The notes beneath the pieces were generated by a model. The model made no database searches, was not told the DNA's origin, and saw only the letters and a program-made list of their open reading frames with translations. From a virus, in IMG/VR virus record IMGVR_UViG_3300033485_000002, positions 64,001 through 128,000 of that record: 64,000 bases of DNA. The stretch is one strand, 5' to 3'. Made by a program: the position numbers and the translations under genes. Positions 9,299 through 18,704 of the stretch are shown here, in pieces (within the stretch, counting starts at the first letter, position 1; every line of letters begins with the position of its first letter).

Positions 9299-9775
9299 AT
9301 GAAAGTCCAGATGATCGTGGGGAATGAGCAGCTCGATTTTACCGTCCACACGGAGCTAAACTTCGATCCTGCCAATGTTTTCGATGTGATCGGGGAGCAA
9401 CCCGGCAAGCTGGCATGGTGGACGGCTCTCGTCGCGGTGAAGGAGCAGGAGCTGGCCGACTTCGTGGTGGACATGGAGGCCCGCACTTCCGCTATCGAGC
9501 TGGATATCAGGAAAAACAGCAAGAGCTTGGAGGATCAGTATGGCAAGGTAACCGAAGGTGTGATCAAGGCTGTACTCGCGGCTAATGATGAGGTCGTCCA
9601 GTTGAGTACGAAGATGAACGAGATCAAGCGGGACGCCAACATCCTGCGAGCGATGGCGAAGGGTTTCGACTCTCGCTCGTCGTTGATGGCAACCGCAGGG
9701 TCCATGCACCGGGCCGAACTGGAAGCGGGGTTGCGAGCCTTGACAGGTCGGGCCAAAAAGGGTATGATGGAATAG
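9299..9775 (+). CDS. Helical protein, possibly UvsY-like recombination mediator
   Basis: 158 aa, all-helical pattern, directly upstream of SSB and RecA; function inferred from position and size only. Confidence 0.4.
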   Translation: MKVQMIVGNEQLDFTVHTELNFDPANVFDVIGEQPGKLAWWTALVAVKEQELADFVVDMEARTSAIELDIRKNSKSLEDQYGKVTEGVIKAVLAANDEVVQLSTKMNEIKRDANILRAMAKGFDSRSSLMATAGSMHRAELEAGLRALTGRAKKGMME

Positions 9776-9835
9776 TGTTCGTTACTATCTGTGTTTTCGA
9801 TTAACTTACACGTACACGTAAAAGGAGATAGTAAG

Positions 9836-10915
9836 ATGGATAGACTGAGTGCTGAGCTGAAGCGTGCCGAGAGAGCAACCCGCCAGTTCCTGCCGTTCTT
9901 CAAGTTCCCCATTGGTAAGACGGATCTTAGGATTCTCCCTGCTCCGAAGGGGGAGGATGAAGATGGTTGGTTCGTGCCGGTCGGGTTTCACTACAACTTG
10001 AACGAGAAGCAACCGATCATTTGCCGCGCTGAGACGAATTGGGCGCACGAGGATTGTGCGGTGTGCGCGGCGGTGACCGAGCTTCGGGCGGCGGGGCAGA
10101 ACGATGAGGCGCAGCGCATCGGAGTGCGCCGTCAGTACATCGTTCGCGCCATTGTCCGAGGCCAGGAGGAGAAGGGTATCCAGATGCTGCGACTGCCGAC
10201 CACCGTGTGGCAGTCCATCGGTAAGATCGTGCTGGAGAAGGAGACCTTCGGGGACGTGCTCAGCATGTCACCTAAAGGGCGGGATATCCGGGTGATCAAG
10301 ACCGGGACTGGCTTGGCAACGCAGTACGAGGTGCAAGCCCTGCCACAGACCAAACCGGCTCTGCCGACGCCGGGTGAGGTCAAGGCTGTGATGGAAAAGC
10401 TTGACCCTATCGCCAATCTCGTGAGTATGCCCACGTCAAAGGAAGTGGAGATGTTGGTGAAGGCCAAGCTCGGTTTCGTGGTGAGTACTCCAAGCGTGGG
10501 TGCGGTTGCTACTGTGGATGAGGCCGACGACGAGTGGAACAGCCCGCCCAGCAAGGAAGAGACCGATTGGGACGATGCCGCCGAGGATAAGGCAGCGGAT
10601 GAGGGGGATGATGAGGATTGGGGGGATGAGGGGGGCGATGTCCCTTTTGATGACTCGGAATCTGAGGAAAAGGAAGGTGCCGTTGAGCCGGTGTCGGATG
10701 ACTCGTGGTTGGCAGATGACGATGACGAGGATGACGGCATTGATTACGGCGCGAAGGTGCAGGCGCTGCGGGATGAGCAAAAGAAGAAACAAGCTACGCA
10801 GATGACCGGGCTGACCGAGGGGCTGAGTAAGGAACTGCATAAGACGCACGCTGCCCAGGAACAGGAACCGGAGAGGCGCAAGAAGGGTAAGTCGCGGCAG
10901 CGTTTGGGAGCGTAA
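9836..10915 (+). CDS. Single-stranded DNA-binding protein, T4 gp32-like
   Basis: RILP motif, H...C...CAVC Zn ligands, GRDIRVIKTG.G..T.Y, long acidic tail; AAGGAG RBS before ATG 9836. Confidence 0.75.
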   Translation: MDRLSAELKRAERATRQFLPFFKFPIGKTDLRILPAPKGEDEDGWFVPVGFHYNLNEKQPIICRAETNWAHEDCAVCAAVTELRAAGQNDEAQRIGVRRQYIVRAIVRGQEEKGIQMLRLPTTVWQSIGKIVLEKETFGDVLSMSPKGRDIRVIKTGTGLATQYEVQALPQTKPALPTPGEVKAVMEKLDPIANLVSMPTSKEVEMLVKAKLGFVVSTPSVGAVATVDEADDEWNSPPSKEETDWDDAAEDKAADEGDDEDWGDEGGDVPFDDSESEEKEGAVEPVSDDSWLADDDDEDDGIDYGAKVQALRDEQKKKQATQMTGLTEGLSKELHKTHAAQEQEPERRKKGKSRQRLGA

Positions 10916-10916
10916 A

Positions 10917-11996
10917 GTGCCTAAAGTCAAATCGACTACAACTTCGGGGGCAGCTTCGTCTGCCCCCTCTTCTTCTATCACTTTAGACATTGTCGAACAC
11001 CTTCAAAAGAACAACGAGGCTCATACTGAGCGGATGACGGAAGCTGGTTCCATCGTCACCGTTCCGAAGTATCTGTCCACCGGGTTGCCTATCATCGACA
11101 GTATGCTCGGAGGTGGGGTTCCTGCTGGCCGTATCACGGAGTTGTTCTCCAAGGGTGAAGGCCAAGGCAAGTCCTCGCTTGCTGCCACGCTCATGTACGA
11201 GATGCAGAAGCGAGGCGGTACCGTCGTACTGATGGATACTGAGCATGGTTTCGTTGAAGAACGGTTGAGGATGTTCGGTGTTGACCCGGCCAACGTGATC
11301 TTCGTAGAGCCGAAGCACATCGAGAATGCGTGCGAGGTGATCTCCGACATTCTGAAGTACCTGAAGCAGAAGCCCGAGGTCCAGAGCAACGTCCTTATCA
11401 TCTGGGATAGCGTGACAGCCACACCCAGCAAGGCCGAGTACGAGGCGAGCTATGGTGACCTCCAGATCGCGAGCGCGGCCCGTGCTTGGAGCGCCAGTAT
11501 CAAGAAGTTGAAGGCCGAGATTGCTAGGTCCGAATGTTACGTGGTGATGATCAATCAGACTCGTACCAACATCGGGCAGATGTTCGGGGAGAAGCATCAG
11601 ACGACCGGTGGCATGGCGATCAAGTACTATGCTGATTGCCGACTGGTGCTGTACCGCGAGCAGGCTTCATGGTTGAAAAAGGGTGAGGAGCGGATCGGTT
11701 TCAAGGTCACGATGATGACGGAAAAGTCTCGTGTGGCCGCACCTTTTCAAAAGGCAACCGCGTACTTGTTGTTTGATTCTGGTTTCGACCGGGATCGGGC
11801 ACTCTTTGACCTATTGCTGACGATAGGCGTACTAGAACAGAAGGGTGCGTGGTACGAGTTCGAGGGTGTGAAGTCCTTTCAGCAAAAGGATTTTCTGGAC
11901 GTAGTTAAGAACTTGGATCAGCCTGTAAAAGATAAGATCATAGCGGCGATGAAGAAAGCTCGGGTGACGGACGAGACAATCGCCATGTGGTTCTGA
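10917..11996 (+). CDS. recA: RecA/UvsX-like recombinase
   Basis: STG...D..LGGGVPAGRITELF, P-loop GEGQGKSS, DTEH, IIWDSV, INQTR, TTGG.AIKYYA. Confidence 0.95.
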   Translation: MPKVKSTTTSGAASSAPSSSITLDIVEHLQKNNEAHTERMTEAGSIVTVPKYLSTGLPIIDSMLGGGVPAGRITELFSKGEGQGKSSLAATLMYEMQKRGGTVVLMDTEHGFVEERLRMFGVDPANVIFVEPKHIENACEVISDILKYLKQKPEVQSNVLIIWDSVTATPSKAEYEASYGDLQIASAARAWSASIKKLKAEIARSECYVVMINQTRTNIGQMFGEKHQTTGGMAIKYYADCRLVLYREQASWLKKGEERIGFKVTMMTEKSRVAAPFQKATAYLLFDSGFDRDRALFDLLLTIGVLEQKGAWYEFEGVKSFQQKDFLDVVKNLDQPVKDKIIAAMKKARVTDETIAMWF

Positions 11997-12017
11997 TACC
12001 CTGTAAAGGGGGACAAT

Positions 12018-13151
12018 ATGAGCAAGATCTGCCTAATTGGTGATCCTCACTTCGCCAATCGGAAGCTGTTCGGTTTTCCTACTGCGGTCAAGGGGCGTAA
12101 CACTCGGCTTGACTCTGTCATCCGTGCCTTTGAGTGGATCGATCAGAAGCTGAAGGACGACTACCCCGAGGTCGAGACGGTGTATATCCTGGGCGATATC
12201 ACGCACGACCACGGCATCATGACCCCTGCGGTGTTCGATGCGGTTCAAACTAGTGTGTATGCTCTGACCAAAGGGGGCAATCGGGAAGTCCTGCTACTGA
12301 GCGGCAACCACGATCAGGACATTCACGGGCTGTCGATCATTAAGGTGTTCGGCACCTGTGACGATTGTGAAAGTGCCTCTGTGTTCGACATCGATGAGAT
12401 TTTCCCCAGGCAGTTCGGGGGTATGCAGATCTATCCGGTGTCCTATGGCAGTGATCTTTCACAGCTATGGGTGAAGCTGGCAATTGATAAGGCGAGGAAA
12501 GCTGACCCTGCCATCCTTTTGATGCACCATCATTTCGAGGGCGCGGTTCACGGTCCTCATGAGTTCGAAGTGCCGGGAGGTCTTGCGCTGAAGGATATCC
12601 CCGACAATGTGGCGCTGGTGGTGAGCGGGCATTACCACAAGTGGCAGTGGATCGGGAACCGTGTCCTCTATATCGGTGCGCCCATCCAGCATGACTTTGG
12701 CGAAGCGACTTATCTGCCTGGATTTACGATTTTGACCGTGCATGATGACTCGAAGCGTAAGCCGGATGTGGAGTTTGTCGAGATCCCAGAAGGCGAGGTG
12801 CCGAGGTTCCATATCCTGCCTCATACCCTCACACCTGCTAATTTGCCTGGGATCCCGGCGCTGGACTATTACCGAGTGGATTTGCCGATGGATGTGGACC
12901 CGGCTTCAATTGAGTGGTTGCACAAGGCGGTCCAGCATTTGGCGGTGAAGCCACTTCCGAGCACGACCGAGCTTCGGAGCAGGGTGGAGCAGTATTTCAT
13001 CGAGGCCGGTACCCAGCAGCCAGAAGGACGTGTGGATCTGGGCGAGGTTATTGAGGCGTATACGATGCTCAACGTCGAGGACGAAGGCCGCCAGCAGGAT
13101 CTGATCCGGATCGGGAAAGAAATCGCAAACAAGGTGGTATCAGGATCATGA
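12018..13151 (+). CDS. sbcD: Mre11/SbcD-like nuclease (T4 gp47-like)
   Basis: GDPH, LGD, GNHD and SGHYH metallophosphoesterase motifs; adjacent to Rad50. Confidence 0.85.
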   Translation: MSKICLIGDPHFANRKLFGFPTAVKGRNTRLDSVIRAFEWIDQKLKDDYPEVETVYILGDITHDHGIMTPAVFDAVQTSVYALTKGGNREVLLLSGNHDQDIHGLSIIKVFGTCDDCESASVFDIDEIFPRQFGGMQIYPVSYGSDLSQLWVKLAIDKARKADPAILLMHHHFEGAVHGPHEFEVPGGLALKDIPDNVALVVSGHYHKWQWIGNRVLYIGAPIQHDFGEATYLPGFTILTVHDDSKRKPDVEFVEIPEGEVPRFHILPHTLTPANLPGIPALDYYRVDLPMDVDPASIEWLHKAVQHLAVKPLPSTTELRSRVEQYFIEAGTQQPEGRVDLGEVIEAYTMLNVEDEGRQQDLIRIGKEIANKVVSGS

Positions 13152-13333
13152 GCAGACCTATGAGTATTGCGGAGTTGTTTGAAGAGGCCACTAACTTTAT
13201 AGCTGAGGCTCAGGAGGACTACGAGAACCAAAAGCTGGAAGAAGCTGCGAACGAGGTAGAGGACGCGATGGAGATGCTCACCAAGCTTTTGGAGAAGATA
13301 ACGAAAGAGATCGATGAGGCGGGGGATGCTTAA
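13148..13333 (+). CDS. Small acidic helical protein
   Basis: ORF coupled between sbcD and sbcC. Confidence 0.55.
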   Translation: MSRPMSIAELFEEATNFIAEAQEDYENQKLEEAANEVEDAMEMLTKLLEKITKEIDEAGDA

Positions 13334-15290
13334 GTTCACGAAGCTGACCGCTAAGGATTTTATGGCTCTGGGTGAGGTCGAGTACCTTTTCACGCCGGAT
13401 AAGGTACGCCTGCTGCTTGGCCGCAACGAGGACAGCCTCACCGCTGATGACAATGGAGCCGGGAAGTCGAGCGTGGCCGAGGCGCTTCGTTGGGCGCTGT
13501 ATGGCGAAACGGTGCGACAGTGCTTGGACAAGTCGCTGAGCGTGGACCATGTGATCCGGCGTGGGCAGAAGAAAGCGATGGTGTCCGTTTATTTTGAGGC
13601 ACACGGCAACGAGTATGAGGTGAAGCGCGAGCGGAACACCACTACTCAGAAGCTGACCGTGCAAGTGCTGCGAGGACAGGGACCGTGGCAGGAGTATAGC
13701 GGTAAGGCGGCGCAGGAAATCCTCGATCAGGCGCTTGGTATCAACGTTATCCAGTTCTCCAATTTGGTGTATCTGGACGGCTCGTATCCCCTGTTGTTCG
13801 CTCCGAGCACCGACCGTACCCGGAAGGATATCCTGGCCGATCTGGTGGACGTGGCCATCACGCAGCAGATGGAGGAGGAGGTCAGACAGCAGCTTCTCCC
13901 GATCCAGACTGAGCAGGTTCGGTTGGAGCGGCTTATCGACCATTGTACCCAGGCGATCGAGTACCAGACCGAGTACAAAGGTAGGAAGCATACTCAGGGG
14001 CTGGCATTGACTAAAGAGTGTACCTTGCTGAAAGGCGCAAGCGACCAAGCTCTGCAAGAGGTAGAGGCGCTTCGTCAACAGGTGAATGACTTGCGCAGTC
14101 AGGTCGAAGCTGCGCAATTGAAGCATTTGGATCAGCTCACTAAAAGTGAGAAAGAGCTTGGTATTATCGACCGTAACCTGGAGACGGCTACAGACAATCT
14201 TATGCAGGCGCGTAGCTCATTCCGGGTGGGTGACATCGATCAGGTGCAGAAGCAAATTGATTCTTGTACCAGGGAGATAGTTGCCCGTGAGAAACGGATC
14301 AAAGAGATCCGTTTACTGCAATCCCGAGGTCAGTGTCCTACATGCGGGCAAGCTACGAGTGAGGTCGGCACCAATGAGTGCAACGCCCTGGAGGACCAGA
14401 TCAGGGGGTTTCGAGATGAACTTCAAAAACACCAAGCTGCTCAAGCAGTTCTTGAAACGGAACGAAACGGGTATGTGGATGCCCTTACTACAACCGTCCA
14501 GAGTTTGCGTGAAAAGCGGGTTTTGGCAAACACTGCGCTCCAAGCTATCCGGCAGCAAGGCGCGGGGACGGGTACGCTAACTGATGAATACAATGATCTT
14601 CAGGAGAAATTCAGCGCCAAGCAGAATGAACGTAACGAGCTTCAGTCTGATTTGAAGGCCAAGCGAGCGCTTCTCCAGCAAGCGAAAGAGAACTATATCG
14701 AAGCACGGAAGAAGCTGAAGCAGCTTGTTCAGGACAAGGAGCAAGCAGAAGGAGCGCTGGCTGAGCTGACTAAGCAGGCGGATAAGCTGTCGTTCTGGAA
14801 AACTGGGTTCGGCCCGAAGGGTGTGCCGTCGCTGTTTATCGAGACGGTGCTGCCTCGTATCTCCTCACGTATTCAACATTTTGCTAACATCCTCACGGGT
14901 GGGGATGTGATGGTGCAGTTGAGGGCATACAAGGAGACCAAGAGCAACACGATCCAGGAGGCGATTCAGATTGATGCCGTGAACTCAAAGGGTGCCTCGG
15001 TGTATGGGGCGAACTCTACGGGTGAGCGTAACCGGATCAATCTCGCTGTGACCCTGGGGCTGGTGGATTACTTCCGGTCTACCAAGGTGTTCGCATCCAA
15101 CCTGTTGATCTGCGATGAGGTGTTTGACGGATTGGACAGTATGGGGGTTGAGGCGGCTCTGGAAGCGTTGGGAGAGGCCCACGTGGATCATGTGCTGGTT
15201 GTGTCGCATCACGAGCACCTGAAGCCGCTGTTCCCCGAAATCTTGTACGCCCACAAGAAAAATGGTGTGTCGTCGCTGGTGGAGGTCTAA
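13326..15290 (+). CDS. sbcC: Rad50/SbcC-like SMC ATPase (T4 gp46-like)
   Basis: Walker A NGAGKSS, coiled coil with CPTCGQ zinc hook, signature NSTGE, Walker B LICDEVFDGLD, VSH. Confidence 0.92.
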   Translation: MLKFTKLTAKDFMALGEVEYLFTPDKVRLLLGRNEDSLTADDNGAGKSSVAEALRWALYGETVRQCLDKSLSVDHVIRRGQKKAMVSVYFEAHGNEYEVKRERNTTTQKLTVQVLRGQGPWQEYSGKAAQEILDQALGINVIQFSNLVYLDGSYPLLFAPSTDRTRKDILADLVDVAITQQMEEEVRQQLLPIQTEQVRLERLIDHCTQAIEYQTEYKGRKHTQGLALTKECTLLKGASDQALQEVEALRQQVNDLRSQVEAAQLKHLDQLTKSEKELGIIDRNLETATDNLMQARSSFRVGDIDQVQKQIDSCTREIVAREKRIKEIRLLQSRGQCPTCGQATSEVGTNECNALEDQIRGFRDELQKHQAAQAVLETERNGYVDALTTTVQSLREKRVLANTALQAIRQQGAGTGTLTDEYNDLQEKFSAKQNERNELQSDLKAKRALLQQAKENYIEARKKLKQLVQDKEQAEGALAELTKQADKLSFWKTGFGPKGVPSLFIETVLPRISSRIQHFANILTGGDVMVQLRAYKETKSNTIQEAIQIDAVNSKGASVYGANSTGERNRINLAVTLGLVDYFRSTKVFASNLLICDEVFDGLDSMGVEAALEALGEAHVDHVLVVSHHEHLKPLFPEILYAHKKNGVSSLVEV

Positions 15291-15901
15291 TGGGCAAGAT
15301 GTCGAAGCGTAAGGGGAGCAATACGGAGAACACGCTGGCCAAGATTCTCCGTGAACACTTTATGCCCGACGTTGACCCTAAGACAGCCTACCAGATGGTG
15401 CATCGTACGCCGTTGTCGGGGGGGCATGTGGAGCGGGGCGACCTGATCATCAAGCCCCCCGTCTTGAAGTACTTCCCCTGGTTTATCGAGTGTCGTAACC
15501 GGGAGAACTGGGATTGGCCGCAGATCTGGAAGCAAGCTGAAAAGTCTCTTATCATCAGGTGGTTCTTGGTAGATGCGGTGGAGAAGTGCCACCCTTATGA
15601 TCAGAACGAGAGGTACCAACGGTTGCCGATGCTGGTGTTCACCAAGAACCAGCAGCCGTTGTATTTTGCGGCATGGTTAGAAGATTTGAGCATGCGCGGG
15701 ATTGAAGCTTATCAGTTCGATTCGGTGATGTACGTCCCGATTACAGTTGACAAACAAGTCGAGAAAAAGTATGTTGTTATTGGTGACTTTGAGCGTATGC
15801 TGACGCTTCATCCTGTACCGGATACGAACGTCATGCAGGAGCAGATCAATACGTACCTGGGAGTGACTAATGAGTGCCTTAAAGGTGTTGATTCAGGTTG
15901 A
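15290..15901 (+). CDS. Holliday junction resolvase-like PD-(D/E)xK nuclease
   Basis: SKRKG...E, R.PLSGG, GDLI, IECRN.E. Confidence 0.7.
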   Translation: MGKMSKRKGSNTENTLAKILREHFMPDVDPKTAYQMVHRTPLSGGHVERGDLIIKPPVLKYFPWFIECRNRENWDWPQIWKQAEKSLIIRWFLVDAVEKCHPYDQNERYQRLPMLVFTKNQQPLYFAAWLEDLSMRGIEAYQFDSVMYVPITVDKQVEKKYVVIGDFERMLTLHPVPDTNVMQEQINTYLGVTNECLKGVDSG

Positions 15902-16427
15902 CGTACAGAACGTCTTCTATGGATCACGTAACTTCACGCACGGGCAGAGCCGAGTGGATTACGAAAAGCTGGTTGAGTTTATCAAGCACGCGGTTGTCGA
16001 ACATGCACAAGAGGACAATCGCTTTCTGGCTTCGATAGCGGATGTGGCAACTACAGTATTTGGCTATGTGGTGCAGACGCCACGTTATAAGGGCATGAAC
16101 TTCTTCGCGTTCTTACGTAGGATTGGGTATGTGCTGCGGGTGCGGACCTACCCCGAGGATCTTGAGGTCGAGGATGAGTACTGGCGTGGAACCGTCAGCA
16201 ACATGATCCAAATGGACTATCTCCAGTATGCCCCGGACTTTGACTACGTGGTCATTGTTTCGGGCAGTGGGGTGTATGAACCGGTGTTCAAGGCGTCCCG
16301 ACAGAACTGGCCGAACGTGAAGCGGTGTATCGCGGCGTTTAAGGATACTCTCCACGCCACGTACGGTCGGCGCGAGAATCTTGTATGCTTGGCTATCAGC
16401 TTGGATGAGCAAGTGCTAAGGAGCTAG
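15870..16427 (+). CDS. NYN (LabA/DUF88, PIN-like) domain protein
   Basis: VDVQNV...DYEKL...VVIVSGSG.YEP; some acidic catalytic positions look degenerate. Confidence 0.65.
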   Translation: MSALKVLIQVDVQNVFYGSRNFTHGQSRVDYEKLVEFIKHAVVEHAQEDNRFLASIADVATTVFGYVVQTPRYKGMNFFAFLRRIGYVLRVRTYPEDLEVEDEYWRGTVSNMIQMDYLQYAPDFDYVVIVSGSGVYEPVFKASRQNWPNVKRCIAAFKDTLHATYGRRENLVCLAISLDEQVLRS

Positions 16428-16428
16428 T

Positions 16429-17340
16429 GTGGCAAAACGAGGGGTGTCGAGAACTCGCAAGGACGATGGGCTGTCTCCGGCCCAGGCTAAGAAAGAGCGG
16501 GTGTTGAAGAAGTCCCGTCGTCGTAAGAATCTCCCTGCCTCTCAGCTTCGCACCGTGACAGACCCCACAACTGGGGCCATCACCGTCATGCAGGCGTATG
16601 ATGAATACCCCGACGAGTTTCGTTACATCGCCAAGATGTTGTATCTCACAGGGCAGGCAACGCCAGCCGAAATCTCACAGCGCATGGGCATACCACTAGG
16701 GACTGTTCGATCCTGGTCACAACGGGATAAGTGGACGGCTCTGCGTCGTAACGTTGCTCGTATCGCCAATAAGGACATGGTCAAAGCTGCTCGTAGGGCG
16801 ATGAGCAATTACATGAAGGACATCGACCGTGGGCTGAATACCATCTTGGAAACGCTTAATGCCAGGATGCTAGCCGTGCCTGCGGATAAACAGCTTGATA
16901 ATGAGGGCCAGATCGTTCGTTATCTGCTGGATGTCTGGAGGTTGAAAATCTCCCTTGTCCGTACACTGACTTATGGTGTGCATGGCAAGGCGTTCTTCCC
17001 ACACCCGAGTAACCTTACGTTTGACGATACTGCCGAAGAGCCAACGGCGATGTTGTTCGGCGAGCATGATATCGAGGAGCTGCTGCAAGTTATACCGGCG
17101 TATATGCAGCAGGCGGCCCGCTTGGTCATCGGGGTGGGGCCAGAAGATTTGAGTGAAGAGATGTTGGACGCGGTGCAGATGAGGCTGGACGAGGTGGAGG
17201 AGGAGCAGAAAGAGCGGGAGAAAGAGAGTAAGGAAGCTCGGGCGAAGCAGCGCCGTGAGCAACAAGGTATTGAAGAATGGCCGGAAGGATTAGACCCAGT
17301 CGAGGATGTCATGGACATCGAGGAGGATGATGACGAATGA
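16429..17340 (+). CDS. HTH protein, terminase small subunit-like N-terminus
   Basis: EISQRMGIPLGTVRSWSQRDKW HTH; acidic tail. Confidence 0.5.
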   Translation: MAKRGVSRTRKDDGLSPAQAKKERVLKKSRRRKNLPASQLRTVTDPTTGAITVMQAYDEYPDEFRYIAKMLYLTGQATPAEISQRMGIPLGTVRSWSQRDKWTALRRNVARIANKDMVKAARRAMSNYMKDIDRGLNTILETLNARMLAVPADKQLDNEGQIVRYLLDVWRLKISLVRTLTYGVHGKAFFPHPSNLTFDDTAEEPTAMLFGEHDIEELLQVIPAYMQQAARLVIGVGPEDLSEEMLDAVQMRLDEVEEEQKEREKESKEARAKQRREQQGIEEWPEGLDPVEDVMDIEEDDDE

Positions 17341-18044
17341 GCCGTCCACGAGATTTTAGAGACACGCGCAACCGAGGAGGACGAATTGTTCTTCCTAACG
17401 AAGCGAGGGTAGATGACATGGCCGCACGTAGGGTGGCGGAAGAGCAGGCGGTCGAGAGTAACCCGTTCTTTAAGCTGATTTCCAACGTCCGCAAGGAGCT
17501 GTTGGAGGAGATGGCACGGGTGGCTGAGCAGAATCGACAGCTTACCGTTCGATTGCACGCGCTGTTCGATTACTTGAACTCGATCGGTATTTTGGTGTGG
17601 CACGGCATGGATCAGCAGACCGGCAAGGTGAAGGCAGATGTTCCAACTAAGAGTGAGGACGCCACGCTGCCGGTGTTGAATCTGTTGGTGGATCAGGGTG
17701 CGCTTCCTAATCTTCCACAGCGTGGGTTTGACGCTTACATCGAAGAGCATCTGGCCACCACGGAGATGATCATCAAGCTCCATATCCTGCACGCCAAGCA
17801 GGATGTGCCAATGAAGGAAGTCATTCAAATGGCGCGGGAGTTCAACAACGCCCCTGGTCGCCTGCGTAAGATCAGCGGGGAGCAAATCCCGCTTATCAAG
17901 TATCTTACGGAGAATCCGGACCATCTGGCTGAAGAAGAGTTGGATGCTCTGGCAACTGAGTTCAATCTACGAAAAGAGGAGGAACAGCCAAATGTCGTGG
18001 GAGAGATTCGAGTTACCAGCAACGAGGGATCCAATGTTCACTAA
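17337..18044 (+). CDS. Hypothetical protein
   Basis: ATGA-coupled 235-aa ORF. Confidence 0.65.
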   Translation: MSRPRDFRDTRNRGGRIVLPNEARVDDMAARRVAEEQAVESNPFFKLISNVRKELLEEMARVAEQNRQLTVRLHALFDYLNSIGILVWHGMDQQTGKVKADVPTKSEDATLPVLNLLVDQGALPNLPQRGFDAYIEEHLATTEMIIKLHILHAKQDVPMKEVIQMAREFNNAPGRLRKISGEQIPLIKYLTENPDHLAEEELDALATEFNLRKEEEQPNVVGEIRVTSNEGSNVH

Positions 18045-18411
18045 GAAGGTGCGCCGCTACCGTAGGCAGCAGTGTTGTTTGCGTGCGATCATGAGTCAGC
18101 AGAACCTGAAGCCGATTGATCTTGCTGAGCAGTTGGAAGTTAGCACCAGTACGGTCTGGAATTGGATGCACGGCGTCACGGTCCCCGATGTCTTGATGGC
18201 CGATGATATCTGCCAACTGTTGAAGGTTAAGCTGGTGGATATCTACCCGAGGTGGGATGGTGCTGAGATTGTCGAGGTCGAGGCGGTCCAGCTTCCTCTT
18301 CCGGAAGAGGCGCTTGCTTCTACCACCAATGAAGAGGTGCCGATTACTCCTACTACTACCGTGGACGATGTGAAGGAGGAGCCATGTACGAACCCGGACA
18401 GCGTATCGTGA
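18034..18411 (+). CDS. XRE-family HTH transcriptional regulator
   Basis: LAEQLEVSTSTVWNWMHG...P....ICQLL. Confidence 0.8.
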   Translation: MFTKKVRRYRRQQCCLRAIMSQQNLKPIDLAEQLEVSTSTVWNWMHGVTVPDVLMADDICQLLKVKLVDIYPRWDGAEIVEVEAVQLPLPEEALASTTNEEVPITPTTTVDDVKEEPCTNPDSVS

Positions 18412-18566
18412 TTCGTAAGGATGACGGGACCGAGCAGATGGTGCTGGTCGAGGATGTCCTGGCTGATAACGGTGGACAGAAGCTGCGGGTCAAGGATGTG
18501 GAGACCGGCGTGTCCTCTGTGGTATCCCCGATGGAGACCACCATTGTGGAGCACCTGGAGGATTAG
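18384..18566 (+). CDS. Small hypothetical protein
   Basis: GAGGAG RBS, ends just before a terminator. Confidence 0.6.
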   Translation: MYEPGQRIVIRKDDGTEQMVLVEDVLADNGGQKLRVKDVETGVSSVVSPMETTIVEHLED

Positions 18567-18586
18567 TCGTTTAGTTGCTGCAACTT

Positions 18587-18623
18587 GTAGAAACCCTGGT
18601 CTATACCGGGGTTTTCTACTTTT
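18587..18623 (+). terminator. Intrinsic terminator
   Basis: GTAGAAACCCTGGT-ctat-ACCGGGGTTTTCTAC-TTTT. Confidence 0.7.
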
Positions 18624-18629
18624 AGGGGG

Positions 18630-18658
18630 TTGACAACCGGATCAGAATGTTGTATCTT
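18630..18658 (+). promoter_or_regulatory. Sigma70-like promoter
   Basis: TTGACA-17 nt-TATCTT. Confidence 0.7.
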
Positions 18659-18704
18659 TGCTATGAAATGATGGATGTCAACCACCACAACCAAGGAGTC
18701 GAAC

